A stretch of DNA of 64,000 nucleotides. It comes from Amphiscolops sp. MND2022. Taxonomy: Eukaryota. The stretch is taken from the NCBI GenBank assembly GCA_964187785.1, contig OZ076409.1, positions 23,004,001 to 23,068,000 of the forward strand. Direction: 5' to 3'. Made by a program: the position numbers and the translations under genes. This document shows, one piece after another, positions 24,838-36,606 of this stretch. The notes under the pieces were generated by a model. It worked only from the letters and a program-made list of their open reading frames with translations, did no database searches and had not been told where the DNA came from. Positions within the stretch are counted from its first letter, which is position 1, and each line of letters starts with the position of its first letter.

Positions 24838-25150
24838 TCCTCCCCGGGTCGTAGTTTGTCGTCCTCGACAAACGAGAGAGGACGTTCACATCTTGGTTGC
24901 CACCATCCAGTGATCCAATATATATAATTCGATAAGGAAAACAAACTCACTTTGAATAATGAAACTTGTGAATTTGCATGCATATGAAAAGTCGAACCTA
25001 TTTCAAATTAAATTTCGAAAGGTGTCAAAATGCAAAAAAATTGTGCAAACAACCTTAAGTATACATAGACAACCTCCCAAATCAACGACCAATCAGAAAA
25101 GTAATAAGACGCCCGTTATGTACCGGGATGTTTTCCGCTGCAAATGTAAC

Positions 25151-25222
25151 GCATCTGCACGGGTTCGAACCCAAGACCTCGTGTGTTCCAGGCAGACGCA
25201 CTACCAACTGCGTCATGGTGAC
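25151..25222 (-). repeat. tRNA-derived sequence (SINE head or tRNA pseudogene)
   Basis: Minus strand has A-box-like TGACGCAGTTGG and B-box GGTTCGAACCC at tRNA spacing, but acceptor and anticodon stems pair poorly. Confidence 0.65.
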
Positions 25223-26483
25223 TAGAAGATACTTAATGGGGTAATAAAGTGGAGTTTTGGCAGAATTTCGAAAAAATGCAACACAGAGAGTGATTTTTCT
25301 CCCAATTTTATGTGGGCGGAAAAAACGAAGAAACTAAACAAAACATGCAAACTGATATACCAAGTAGGTTATTTGTATCCCCCAAGTGCTTACTGAAGTT
25401 CTACAAATGCTTATGCAAAGTCAATCATAGATTACGAGATTAGTAGCTACGATACAACAAAACAAACTTAGCGTAAATCAAAATAGTAAAAGAAAAATTT
25501 TGAAAGCATTTTTTTCCGAAAGTAAGATTGAACATACGTATAGTACCTTTTTCAGCAAATATTCGGACCGATGTTTTGTGAAAAGCGAAGCACATTGGAT
25601 CTGAATGAAGATCCAAATACATATACTATCAATTTATACTGGCAGTAAAAGAAACAATTTACTTTTATTTTTTCTTCAAGAGAACAAAAAGTAAACAGAA
25701 GTCTCTCAAAAATGGACAAGTAGTTGTTTATTATTGGCGCTCAAAAGACTGAATATAATATCTAATAGTGTAACAGTTTCTCCAAAAAAGAACTCACAGT
25801 CATTACTAACGTGTCTTTTACCTGTACATCCTCAACAAAAAGAATCTGTTCAAAATGTTTTACTGAATAGACTTTCCTAACAGACACTTTCTAAGACAGT
25901 TACTAGTATTTCTCTTTCTCTACTATTGGTTCTCGAAGCTACAGTTCAACGAGTTGAACTGCTTTTTTGTGTTTTAGAAGTCTTGTAATACCTTTTTGAG
26001 TATTATTTCATATCAAGGCATGCAAACAAATTGACTTCTTCATTCGAAACTAGATTTAAAACTGTGCGCGACTCGAAATTTGAAAAAAGTCATTTGCGGG
26101 CCTTTTTAGTTCAAATAACCTCTTTTGTCTTCAAAAATTTCTGAGTTTCAGTCAACAGTATCGTTGACTAACAATGTAGTCATTTTGATTCAGGAGAGCA
26201 TCCATAAAAGGTACAAAGCTGCATCGAATTGTCAAACGTTGAGAAAGTTTTCTACAAAATGATCTTTTTTTGTTCATTTCGATGCCTTGTTTGAACACTA
26301 GCCATCTTGATTTCTCCCTCAAAGGGAAAGTTAAGTAGGTATTGTTCGAATTGAGACTTTTTGATTGCTAGGAGAAAACAAATACCCCAAAATTGTACGA
26401 AATGGTCATGGATTTGTAGCATTTTAGTAGTACTCAGAATCTCTTATACTTCATGTTAAGTAGCTATTCGTTTCGTTTTCGAG

Positions 26484-26659
26484 CAATGGCGGTTTTAAGG
26501 GAGGTGCCGTTTGGAGAGATGCATGGAAAGAATTTATGTCATAGTCGGTAAAATGAACCGTTTTTCTACTTCAAACATTTAACAGGTGCTCTCGTTCCGG
26601 TGCGCACCCCCCGTTTCAAAAATCCGCCCACCGTTGAGAAAATCCTAAAACCGCCCCTG
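26484..26659. mobile_element. hAT-type MITE
   Basis: Imperfect TIRs CAATGGCGGTTTTAAG / CCTAAAACCGCCCCTG; 8-bp TSD TTTTCGAG / TCTTCGAG (7/8 match). Confidence 0.75.
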
Positions 26660-29146
26660 TCTTCGAGTTCTGTCATTGTTTTCACTAAAACAGTCAAAAA
26701 GTTTGAAACAGTCTATATCTGATTGGAAAGCTTTCGTTTTTGGTCTCTTAAAAAACTTCATATTTGATCTGTAAAAAGATTTGAAAGCTAATTGTTCCGT
26801 TGTTGAACTTCGTGGGCTCTTTTTCCTTCCCACACTTTTTATGTGGAGTTCATGTGGAGACAACAAAACAAAGGAGAAGACTTATTGGAAGAAATATTGA
26901 ATGATATAGTCAAATATAATCCTTTATGTAGAGTTTGGTTTCTCTAATTGAGATATAATTAATGGCAAAAACATCATCTTTAAAAGTGGGGAGGTTAAGG
27001 AAAAGTTCCACTTTGCTGATACTCTAATTTTGAAACATTCAAAACTGAACGAAAACGAATTAAAAAGTCGAGTCCATTTTTTAAAATTTGGAGATTTTGT
27101 CGTGTTTGGAGTCATTTGGGACACTTTTTGCAGGCAATATTTTTAAAAAAATGAAATAAGTATATTGACAAATGCACGTGCTATTCGATGGCAGTTGAGA
27201 GAAGGTCTTTATTTTAGTTCTAAAATTGGAACAACTAAAAGTGAGGAAAAACGCTGCTAGTATTTATCCTTTCCGTAATTTGTGAGCGGAAAATAACAAA
27301 TCACGTTTAGTAGTTAACAAGGTTTGTTCAGATTAGTAGTTATTGATAATCTAATCTCAAGTTTGTCCCAACCATTTTCCTCTATCGTGGGCGAAAATTG
27401 AAGAATCAATTTATCATTCTTCGGAAATCCTCGTACTTTATTCATTTTCAATGGAAACTCTTCGATAAAAAACTACCCGAATGTGTTAGTCACGAGTTTT
27501 ACTGTGAGATGACAGCTGTCTAGACTTTCCCCATACAGTGAACTCTCAAAAAGGTCCAATCTTTGAATATTTTGCTATTTTGCAAACACATGGAAGCGAA
27601 CAGAGCCCAAACGTTCATCATTTTTTGATTTTTCGACACTTGAACACTTTCAAAGACTTTACACTTGCGTCTTAAGCGGGACCTCGGCTTGTATTGCTTC
27701 CGCGGATGATTATTTCCGAAATTTCTCCAAAAATCTCTTCCAGTTAGCCTACCATTTTAGAATTCTTCTTTCAAGCGGCTTGATAAAAGTCGAATACAAA
27801 AGGGATTATATTTTCGCATGAAAGTTTCCATAAAAGTTTTGAAAAATCATAATGAAAAAGTTTGGCAACTTAAATGAACTTGCAAAAAGTTCAAGCAGTT
27901 TCAACAAGGACTATTGCAGATCACACTAGCGGATGTAAGCCGTCAAAACGTAATATAGAACAATAAAAAAACATTTTCCAAAGAAAACTCCCATTGATAT
28001 CATGAAAATTTTTGGGAAAACTTGATTCTGTACGGAGGAAATGATTGGAATGTGAAGTTCGCGGGGAAAATGAGACATGTTAAAAGCATATTTACAAAGT
28101 TGACTTTTCTCCAATTTTTGGGACAACGAGGTCATTATATTGATGGAAAATTCACGGGAAATTGCAAAAAAATGTCGGTCGAAAACATTTTTGCTATGCA
28201 TTCAACTTGGGCGGAACTCAGAGGGATGTTTTGTAATCGATACAGGCTATCAATCATTAGTTTCTTCAAGTTCCTTGTTTTTATTTGTCTATCTTTAGAA
28301 GCCTATTCAATCTAATTTTCCCCGACTGAATAAAAACGGAAAACGAATAAGACGAATATGACAGTTAAAAAATTGCGATAAGGAGGACATTTCACTGATT
28401 TTCGCATCATCTCCTAAAAATGGCTTCCCCGAATACAATTCAGCAACTACTTGATTACTATTTATATATACGGCGTATTGCTGTTCTGTTCTATTTCCTG
28501 CGACCTTTTTGGTGTCGCCGGCTGCAAACAGGGCACAGTGGATCCGGAAAATCAATCGATCAATACTCAATCACGGGATGAAAGACTATGCGATAAGGTG
28601 GGGGATCCGGCCAACAGTTTTCAAAGCAACTTTTTATGGTAATTTTATTCAAGCCATATGCGCGCTATTTTTTCTATAAGTAATATAGTTCATGACCGGA
28701 ACGCTTTTTTGATGAATTGGGTTTCTTAGAGATCTAGGAACATGACTGAAAGTCTACGTTAATTGTGAATTTAGCAAGAATGATAGTTTATCATTGGATT
28801 TTCACCAAAAATTTTTGCTATCATCTGCTAATTTTTAAAAAATTTTTTCATCTCAAGGAAAGATTAAAATAACTATGCGCTAAATACTAAAATGTAAAAT
28901 CATAAAGGTTCCTAACAATGGATGGATTTTCGCCGATTGGAAAAATCGATCTTTTGACTTTTTTTCATTACGCGGAAATCGGAAATCATTAGTTTCAATA
29001 AAGTGATAAAGGAAACGAAAAGGTTTTCTTCGACTCCCGTTAACAGTTCCCATCGTTAACAAGAAAGGATCTTTTGAACTTCGTCAAAAATTACTTCAGG
29101 ATATTTCTGTTTGAAGAAAGTGTTCATGAAAGTTTTTGGTTTACAT

Positions 29147-29309
<163 letters not shown>

Positions 29310-29497
29310 GAGTTTCTTGTATCGAATAAGCAAAAAAACAACTCAAACAAAAATCGTCAAAAGGATGCTCGAAAACAGAGAGATAAGGTATTTGTTGAAA
29401 AGCGTAATTCATTCGAAATCCAATCTATATTACTTGCGTAGCTCTGTTTTACTCCCAAATTGCAATCTCTCAAAAAAATGAATTTTTGTTTGGAATA

Positions 29498-30173
29498 TAT
29501 TGAGCTGCCTATAAGATGCACCCTAAATTTGACAGAAACTCCGAGCCATGAAGTTTTTTTATTGAGCTGCCTATAAGATGCACCCTAAATTTGACAGAAA
29601 TTCCGAGCCATGAATTTTTGCAGTTTTTATTGAGAAGCAGTTCAAATTTTGAAAGCAGCTAAGACTTCATAAATTTTATCACGATTTTGATGGAAATAAA
29701 CCTCAGTAACATATTTTTTTCGAAGTAGGGCTTTATTCAGCGTGTCATTTCACTAACGGTGATTAAATAAAATACTTACTTGAGAAACCTAAACGTGAAA
29801 ACAAAGTTAAGTTTGAATTTCAATTATTGAACTGCCATATATGGCCATATAAATTCAAACTTTACTTTGTTTTCACGTTTAGGTTTCTCAAGTAAGTATT
29901 TTATTTAATCACCGTTAGTGAAATGACACGCTGAATAAAGCTCTACTTCGAAAAAAAATATGTTACTGAGGTTTATTTCTATCAAAATCGTGATAAAAAT
30001 TATGAAGTCTTAGCTGCTTTCAAAATTTGAACTGCTTCTCAATAAAAACTGCAAAAATTCATGGCTCGGAATTTCTGTCAAATTTAGCGTGCATCTTATA
30101 GGCAGCTCAATAAAAAAACTTCATGGCTCGGAATTTCTGTCAAATTTAGGGTACATCTTATAGGCAGCTCAAT
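29498..30173. mobile_element. Foldback/palindromic element with ~320-bp arms
   Basis: 29498-29820 is the near-perfect reverse complement of 29850-30173, with a ~30-bp spacer. Each arm starts with a 61-bp tandem duplication (TTGAGCTGCCTATAAGATGCACCC...). Confidence 0.9.
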
Positions 30174-30366
30174 AAAATTCAATTGATTCGATGAAGTTTC
30201 AATGTATGGAAGTTTCCCAACGAGTTATGTAAAATCATGATAAATTTGCTAAATAAATACACAAAAACATGCGAAAAGTTCAAGAACTTTTCAAGTTCAA
30301 CCAAAGTATAGGCCGAAGGTGCAACCACAGATCACAGAACTTTGACCTCAGGTATAAGAAACAGAT

Positions 30367-33300
30367 AAACTGGAAATTTTGCACATGGACTTTTTGGATG
30401 TTATAAAACACGTGCCCAGGTTTTCGATCTTTGCGATTCTGTGCACATCTGCAGGATTTTTCTGCAGGGTTCTGCAAAGATCGTTGCACTGAATCTTGAA
30501 GATCCATACAGATCTGCAAGATCTTTACAGAAGTGTGCAGATTTTCTCTAAAGATTTTTGCAGAAATATGTTTTTCTGCAGTTTCAAAGGAACTAATATA
30601 TTGCATTTTTGTTCTTCCTCAACTACTTTATCGAGTATTTTAGCTGACCAAGGGTCAATCAGTTGAAACTCTCCATCACTCAAAATTCTTGAGAAGGAAA
30701 ATTTGTCCCCATCACGGTAATTTTGGTGACTGGCGAAAGTGTGGTTTTGGTAAAACACGGTAATTTATCCATTTCACTCGAACTTTCCAGAAGTGGTTGT
30801 TAAACTTTGAGAGGCTCGTTTGCCATATTGACTCCGTTTTGCCCGATAAAATTTGATATGTGGCAACCTTCTGGGTTGGTCGATGTCTTGATGAAGTGTT
30901 GTTTTTGTAATATTTCCACAACATAGTTTTTTGGAGTATTTTTATAAACTGCTGTTAACTTGGAATACGTTATAGTAATTGTTTGGCTCTGTAAAGAGAG
31001 TTACAAGACTAAACGACTTTACAATAACCTATCTGAACAAATGCAACCAAACGACACCAAATACCACGATATACAAAAAGAATTAATTGAAACCATAAGA
31101 AATGATCGCATTAAACAAAACATTATAAAATCAGGGAATCTAAAAAATGAAAGAGAAAAATGGAACTTTATTTTTGAAGCAAGAAACTCTCGTCGAACTT
31201 GTTCTGTGATTCCGTCGCTAAAAAATGCTTCTGGAGATTGTGTTTCTGAGCCCAGAAAAAAGCCCAACCTTCTCAACTACAGATTCTCAAAGCTGGGTGA
31301 CTATTTAGGTGATAGTAAAAACTTCACAGACTTCCTTGATGATCTAGAGTTTACAAATATAAGAACTTTCAGATTCCAACCCATAAACTTATTCAAATGT
31401 AAAACATTTTTGAAAGAGATAAACTGCCGAAAGCCCTTGGGCCCTTGTGATGTGCCAGCTTGGGCCCTAAAGGATTGTTTAAATATTATTGCTGAACCAC
31501 TGACATTTTTAATCAATGCTTTTCTAGCTGCTGATAACTTTCCGAGTCATCTAAAATGTGCACATGTTGTTCCAATGTATAAGAATGGAGACACTGAAGA
31601 CCCAAGTAACTATGGACCAATATCAATAACTTCTGCGTTATCAAAAATTTTTGAAAAAGTTATGAAAGATCAAATTGATGATTACCTCGAGAAAAACCAA
31701 CTTCTCAGCCCAATACAGTTTGGATTTCATCGTGGATTTTCTACAACAGATGCCCTCCTCTATGCAACTGAAAAAATAAGACTGAACCTTGATAACAAAA
31801 AAATGGTGGCATCGGCTCTATTGACCTATCAAAAGCGTTTGACTCAATATCACATAACCTACTATTAGCAAAGCTGAAATCGTTCAATTTCGATACGAGT
31901 GCTATCAATATGATAGAAAGTTAATTGAAAAACCGGTCTCAAAAAGTACTTCTCCAAAATGTCACTTCCGATTGGATTCATCTCTATCAAGGTGTGCCCC
32001 AAGGAACCATCCTTGGACCGCTGCTCTTCAATCTTTATGTGAACAGTATGATAAATACCATCATTAAACCATGTGAACTTGTCCAATATGCTGATGATAC
32101 TTTCCTTTTCGTAGCTAATGAAAATCTTGAAGAAGCCATTCGTCATCTAGAACTCAACATCTCGAGAATGGTACACTTCTTTCAAAGTCACCGATTGTAT
32201 CTGAATAAGACAAAGACTGATTTCATAATTTTTTGTAGAAAGGCTGAATCCTCTATAACAAAAACACTTAGACTACGAGTTGACGATCATCTTTTGGAGC
32301 CTTCGTCATGCGTGAAGTACCTGGGAGTACATCTTGAACAAAGTCTTCGAAGTAGAAATCGAAAACATTCTGAAAAAGTGGCTTGTTGAATTAAAACACT
32401 ATATACTGTAAAGTCTTTTCTACCTGAAGTATTTTGTCTAAAACTATTGAATGCCCTAGTTTTGAGTCAAATACAACATCCAGCTATCCTCTTGAATGGC
32501 AAATCGCAAAATCTACTTACTTCGCACGAAAAACAACTGAGTTGGGCTGTGAAAGCTTGTTTCAACCGAAACAAATATGACTCTTCGAGTGACCTCAAAC
32601 TTAAACACAGTATTTTTCCTATCAAATTAATGCTTGCTTATAGTTCTGTTACATACTTTTGGAAATACCAAAACAATCTGATACCAGCATTCAAGACCTC
32701 GCTGAAACTACCGAACGCCAATTCCAAATACCTTCCTCGGAGCGAAACGTTAATGAACAAAACAAAAACGAATAGTGATTACCTTCGTAATAGCTTTTTC
32801 AATCAAGTTGTTCCACTCTGGAACAAAAATCCTAGAAAGCTCTTGGATCCAAACATCTCATAAATTTCAATCAAAATGAATCTTAGACATCATTACATAA
32901 GAAGAATTGCTTTCGAACTTGAAAATCCAGAACATAGGAAAAAATGTTGGAGAGATTACCGTTTCAATTAACACTGTTCTTTATTTTAATCTATTGGTCA
33001 TTTTATTGATATTAGGTCAATGAATAACCTATTTTTATCCACACTGCCTTTTAAAAAGAACATATTGTTTTATATCTATATTTAAAGGGAATTCCGTCTT
33101 TTTTTAAAGATCCGTAAAGATCTGTAATCTCTACAGATCTGTACAGATTGCTACAGAAAAATATTTCATCAGTGTGACATAAATGAGACTTCCCTTCAGT
33201 TTTAAACATTTTTATTATTCGTTTGACATCCCTGTAAGGGTTTTTTTGCGTTTCTGAGTGTGTCAGATTTTTTCGAATCTGCACATGTCTGCAAAGATCT

Positions 33301-33432
33301 GCAAAAATTCTGCAGATCTGCACATATCTGCAAAGATCTGCAAAAATCCTTCGGATCTGCACAGATTCGCGAAGATCGAAAAACTGGGTGTTTTATAACA
33401 TCAAAAAAGTCCGTCTGCAAAATTTTCAGTTT
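30367..33432. mobile_element. Degenerate long-IR (MITE/foldback-like) element with AGATCTGCA sub-repeats, interrupted by a LINE
   Basis: ~30367-30560 is an imperfect inverted repeat of ~33270-33432. Confidence 0.65.
30975..32970 (+). pseudogene. 5'-truncated L2/CR1-type LINE RT, frameshifted
   Basis: KPLGPCDVP, NYGPISITSALSKIFEK, QFGF, GVPQGTILGPLLF, YADD, VKYLGV across ORFs 30960-31868, 31925-32389 and 32447-32863. Confidence 0.93.
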
Positions 33433-33584
33433 TCAAGTAGTTGAAGTAATTCAACTACTTGAGAGCATTAACGCTTTTGTTACAGCTATGCTGATTTTTC
33501 ACGAAAATTTGTGTTTCACACGAGATCAACCTTTATGACTAAATCAGCATTAGAGGCCAAAAATTGGTGATTGCGATAATGTTC

Positions 33585-34582
33585 TAGTGCGCGCTTCATG
33601 AAGTGAAACATGACTATACAAGTGACTCTGTTAAGTCGGCGCTTCATGAAGTGAAAGCGACTATTTAGTGACTTTTTTCAATCCACACGAACTGACCAAA
33701 ATAGTTCTTAAAAGTTCTACAAAATATTATTGCACCAAATTGCATTATTTGGCCTAGCGAACTAAACCAAAAATGTTTTTTCTGTTTTCCCGCGTAACAT
33801 ACCATACCGAGCGAGACCAAAGGGTCCCCCCTTTCAATTTTCGGCACTGCGAGACTTTTGTTTCCGAAAAATTTTTTCCTCAAAGGGTCCCCCTTCAATT
33901 TTTTGCTGTTTTGCGACAGAATGGATGTTGGAAAATCCCAAAGGGTCCCCCTTTCAGTTTTTCGACATTGTGAGACTTTTTTTCGAAAATTTGTTTTTTC
34001 TCCAAAGGGTCCCCCCTTCAACTGCGACAAAAAGGTTGACAATTTCGGAAGTGTCCCCCTTTTAGCGCGCCAGGAGCTCGCGCTAGCGGGCCTCGGCGCG
34101 CCACTCGGTCCATTTTTTTGGTTTTTCGATTTTCGAGTACTATAAATTGACACTTGGAAGTCCTTTAGCTATTTTTGAGCCTTGGATATGGCGCCGACTT
34201 GGGCGGTCCGGCTTGTTTACAATCCACACGAACTGAGCAAAATAGTTCTACAAAGTTCTACAAAATTTTAAGGTGTTAAATTGGACCATTTGACACCGTT
34301 TTCCTTTTTTTAAACGTAACATACAATACTGAATGAGAGAGACTAAAGGGTCCTCTCTTCCGGTTTTTGGCATTATGAGAATTTATCCCCCCTTCAATTT
34401 TTTTTATATTTTGAAACAGAATGGATGTTAAAAAATCTGAAAGGGTCCCCTTTTACCGCGCCAGTTCGGTCCAACTTATGGGTTTTTTGGATACAGTAGA
34501 AGAGAATACTCGACACTTTTAAGTCCTTGTGCTATTTTTGAGCCTTAGGTATGGCACCGACTTATGCCGTTCCCGGCTTGTT
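33585..34582. repeat. Interspersed repeat with AAAGGGTCCCC sub-repeats, two diverged tandem copies; possibly Helentron-associated (HINE/DINE-like)
   Basis: 33680-34218 resembles 34220-34582. Subterminal inverted 10-mers AAGTCGGCGC (33633) / GCGCCGACTT (34191); both copies end in CCGGCTTGTT. Confidence 0.5.
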
Positions 34583-34721
34583 GATAGGAATTGAGCGTTA
34601 TTTGGATAAGTTGCTAATTTACTCATAGAATGCCATGTATAGAAACATGCTTTCCATAAAAGCACCATAGCATGGAAAACAATTGCTCCCTGCAAGGACG
34701 TTTACTACTCAGTAGATGAAA

Positions 34722-34814
34722 ACCCATGAAATAGATTTAAAAACTTAGAATCATAAAGTAAATACAGGCTGTATTTACTTTATGATTCTAAGTTTTAAAA
34801 TCTATTTCATGGGT
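34722..34814. repeat. Near-perfect 93-bp palindrome with a 1-nt centre
   Basis: ACCCATGAAATAGATTT...AAATACAG-G-CTGTATTT...AAATCTATTTCATGGGT. Confidence 0.9.
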
Positions 34815-36187
34815 ATTATAAAATTGAACTGATTTGATACATCACTGAAAATGACTTTTATTGATTTACATGTATTTTGTATGGAGGTCAACACGGGAGT
34901 TTTCGAGCTGTTTTTGATTTAACGACGTTTATGATTTTCAATATTTAGAACAACAAATTAAAATTATCAACATCGTTTGTTTTTAAACTCACCTGGAGAA
35001 GAGATTGATTAGCAATTGCTGTTCCAGTAAGAATTACACTCTGAGATAAGAAGTTCAAGTACCGAACAATTCAATTGGCAAACACTGCGGGTAAATCGCT
35101 GATTTCTATAGGTCAAATGTGGCGATAAATATAACTTTCGTTTACATGATTCATGCAAAAATCTGTCCATTTTTTATCAGAAATCCCGAAGGTAAACTCC
35201 ATGTCTGCGTAGGTGCTTTTGTAGTATTGTTTATAAAAATACTGTTTGGTGATTTTCTGCGACCTCTGAACGAACGGTACAATAATAAATTTACCGACTG
35301 CTCCACAATTTCCATTAAATATACCAAGCGTATACGGAAATCTTATCTCGTTTACCTTTCTGATACAAATGGAAATTTCATCATAAGTAGAAATACAATT
35401 TGCAGAAAAGTAACAGCTTCAGAGCGCCTTGTTGATAAAACGACTCAATGCGTTTCCTCGATTGCCGCAATAATTTTATCTTTATATAATTTGCTAACTA
35501 AATCATACCCGTCATTGACAAGTATGAATTTGCTTAACAGTGAAATTTCATCTCTGCAACCGTTTTCACTCTAATTCTACGTATGAAATAGCTTGAGCCC
35601 TAGTTTCAAAAATAGAAAATGAACTTTCGACATTGAACAATATTTCAGGAGAAAAGCAGGGATTGCATAAAAAGACGCCCGCTGAGCACCGGGATTATTT
35701 TAGTGTTGTTGACAACATATATTTAGGGTCGAACCTGGCCAATAAATTACGAAATTTGAACAGAAAAAAATGAAAACTATTGAAAATTCTCATACACGTT
35801 TTGAATCTTCTTAAAGCGCATTTTGAAAAGCAAACATTTCGATGAAGAAGTATGCTAAGAATTCATCCTATGAGTATGAAAATGCACAGAGTTATTTGCA
35901 TAATCTGAATTTAATTTAGCTCAATTATTTAGATCGAATTGTTTGTTTCCAGCTAAACAATAGTTTCCAGAAAACTATACCAGCTAATGAAAATAATGAA
36001 AATAATATTTTCAATTTTGTGAATTTTTGAATTTTCTGATATAGTTGTTGAGTATTGTCTCTGAACTCATGGTGGTTCTTCTAGATGTTTAATGTTATGA
36101 TACAGATCCGATGAACCAGTGCTTTTTGAAAGGATTGTATCTACTAACTAATTTTCGGGAGAATATTGAGTTCATCGAACTAGCTAG

Positions 36188-36606
36188 TGCAACGGCACCT
36201 TCTGGTACAGCAGATTCAGTCGATATTGGAATTTAGACTTTAGACATTTCCGGAAAAGTTTTGAAAAATTCTGATTCGATCTTTGACGTAGCACTGAGCA
36301 TGTGATTCATTTCTACGAAATTGGCAGGTACTTCGATAACAAAGAGCAAGAACAAGTAAAAACATAGAGGCAGCCGCCAGAACAGACGCCAGAGACTGCA
36401 AAAAACTTCTGAAAATAGACTCTTTTACCGGTACTAACCTTGATTTCGCCAGTATGCTACCTTAAGTAGCGAAACCCGTAAAGATGAGTCTTTTCGTCTA
36501 TTTCGCGAACCCGTGCCTGTGTTGCCCCAGCTTGCGAACTGAATCTGGACACTGCCAAATAATTGTTATCGACGAGATTGTTGCATTTTGTTGTGATTTT
36601 ATGGCA
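36188..36606 (+). repeat. 5' LTR of element 3, 3'-truncated (U5/PBS apparently deleted)
   Basis: Similarity to the 3' LTR ends at GATTTTATGGC. Confidence 0.8.

Larger units (their letters stand above)
20002..24917 (-). mobile_element. Non-autonomous (LARD-like) LTR element 2 with an 80-bp extension beyond the 5' LTR
   Basis: LTRs at 20002-20732 and 24096-24837; PPT GGGGAGGA; PBS-like TTGCGACCACAGAGGG at 24064-24079; 3.4-kb internal region with no recognisable coding; ATA on both flanks. Confidence 0.9.

Noticed and set aside
25151..25222. Functional tRNA gene
   Set aside because: A and B boxes are present but the cloverleaf stems do not pair.
34870..36187. Very old minus-strand LINE remnant, possibly continuing after 63571 (and another near 25600-26250)
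   Set aside because: Only faint motif traces; not supportable without an alignment.
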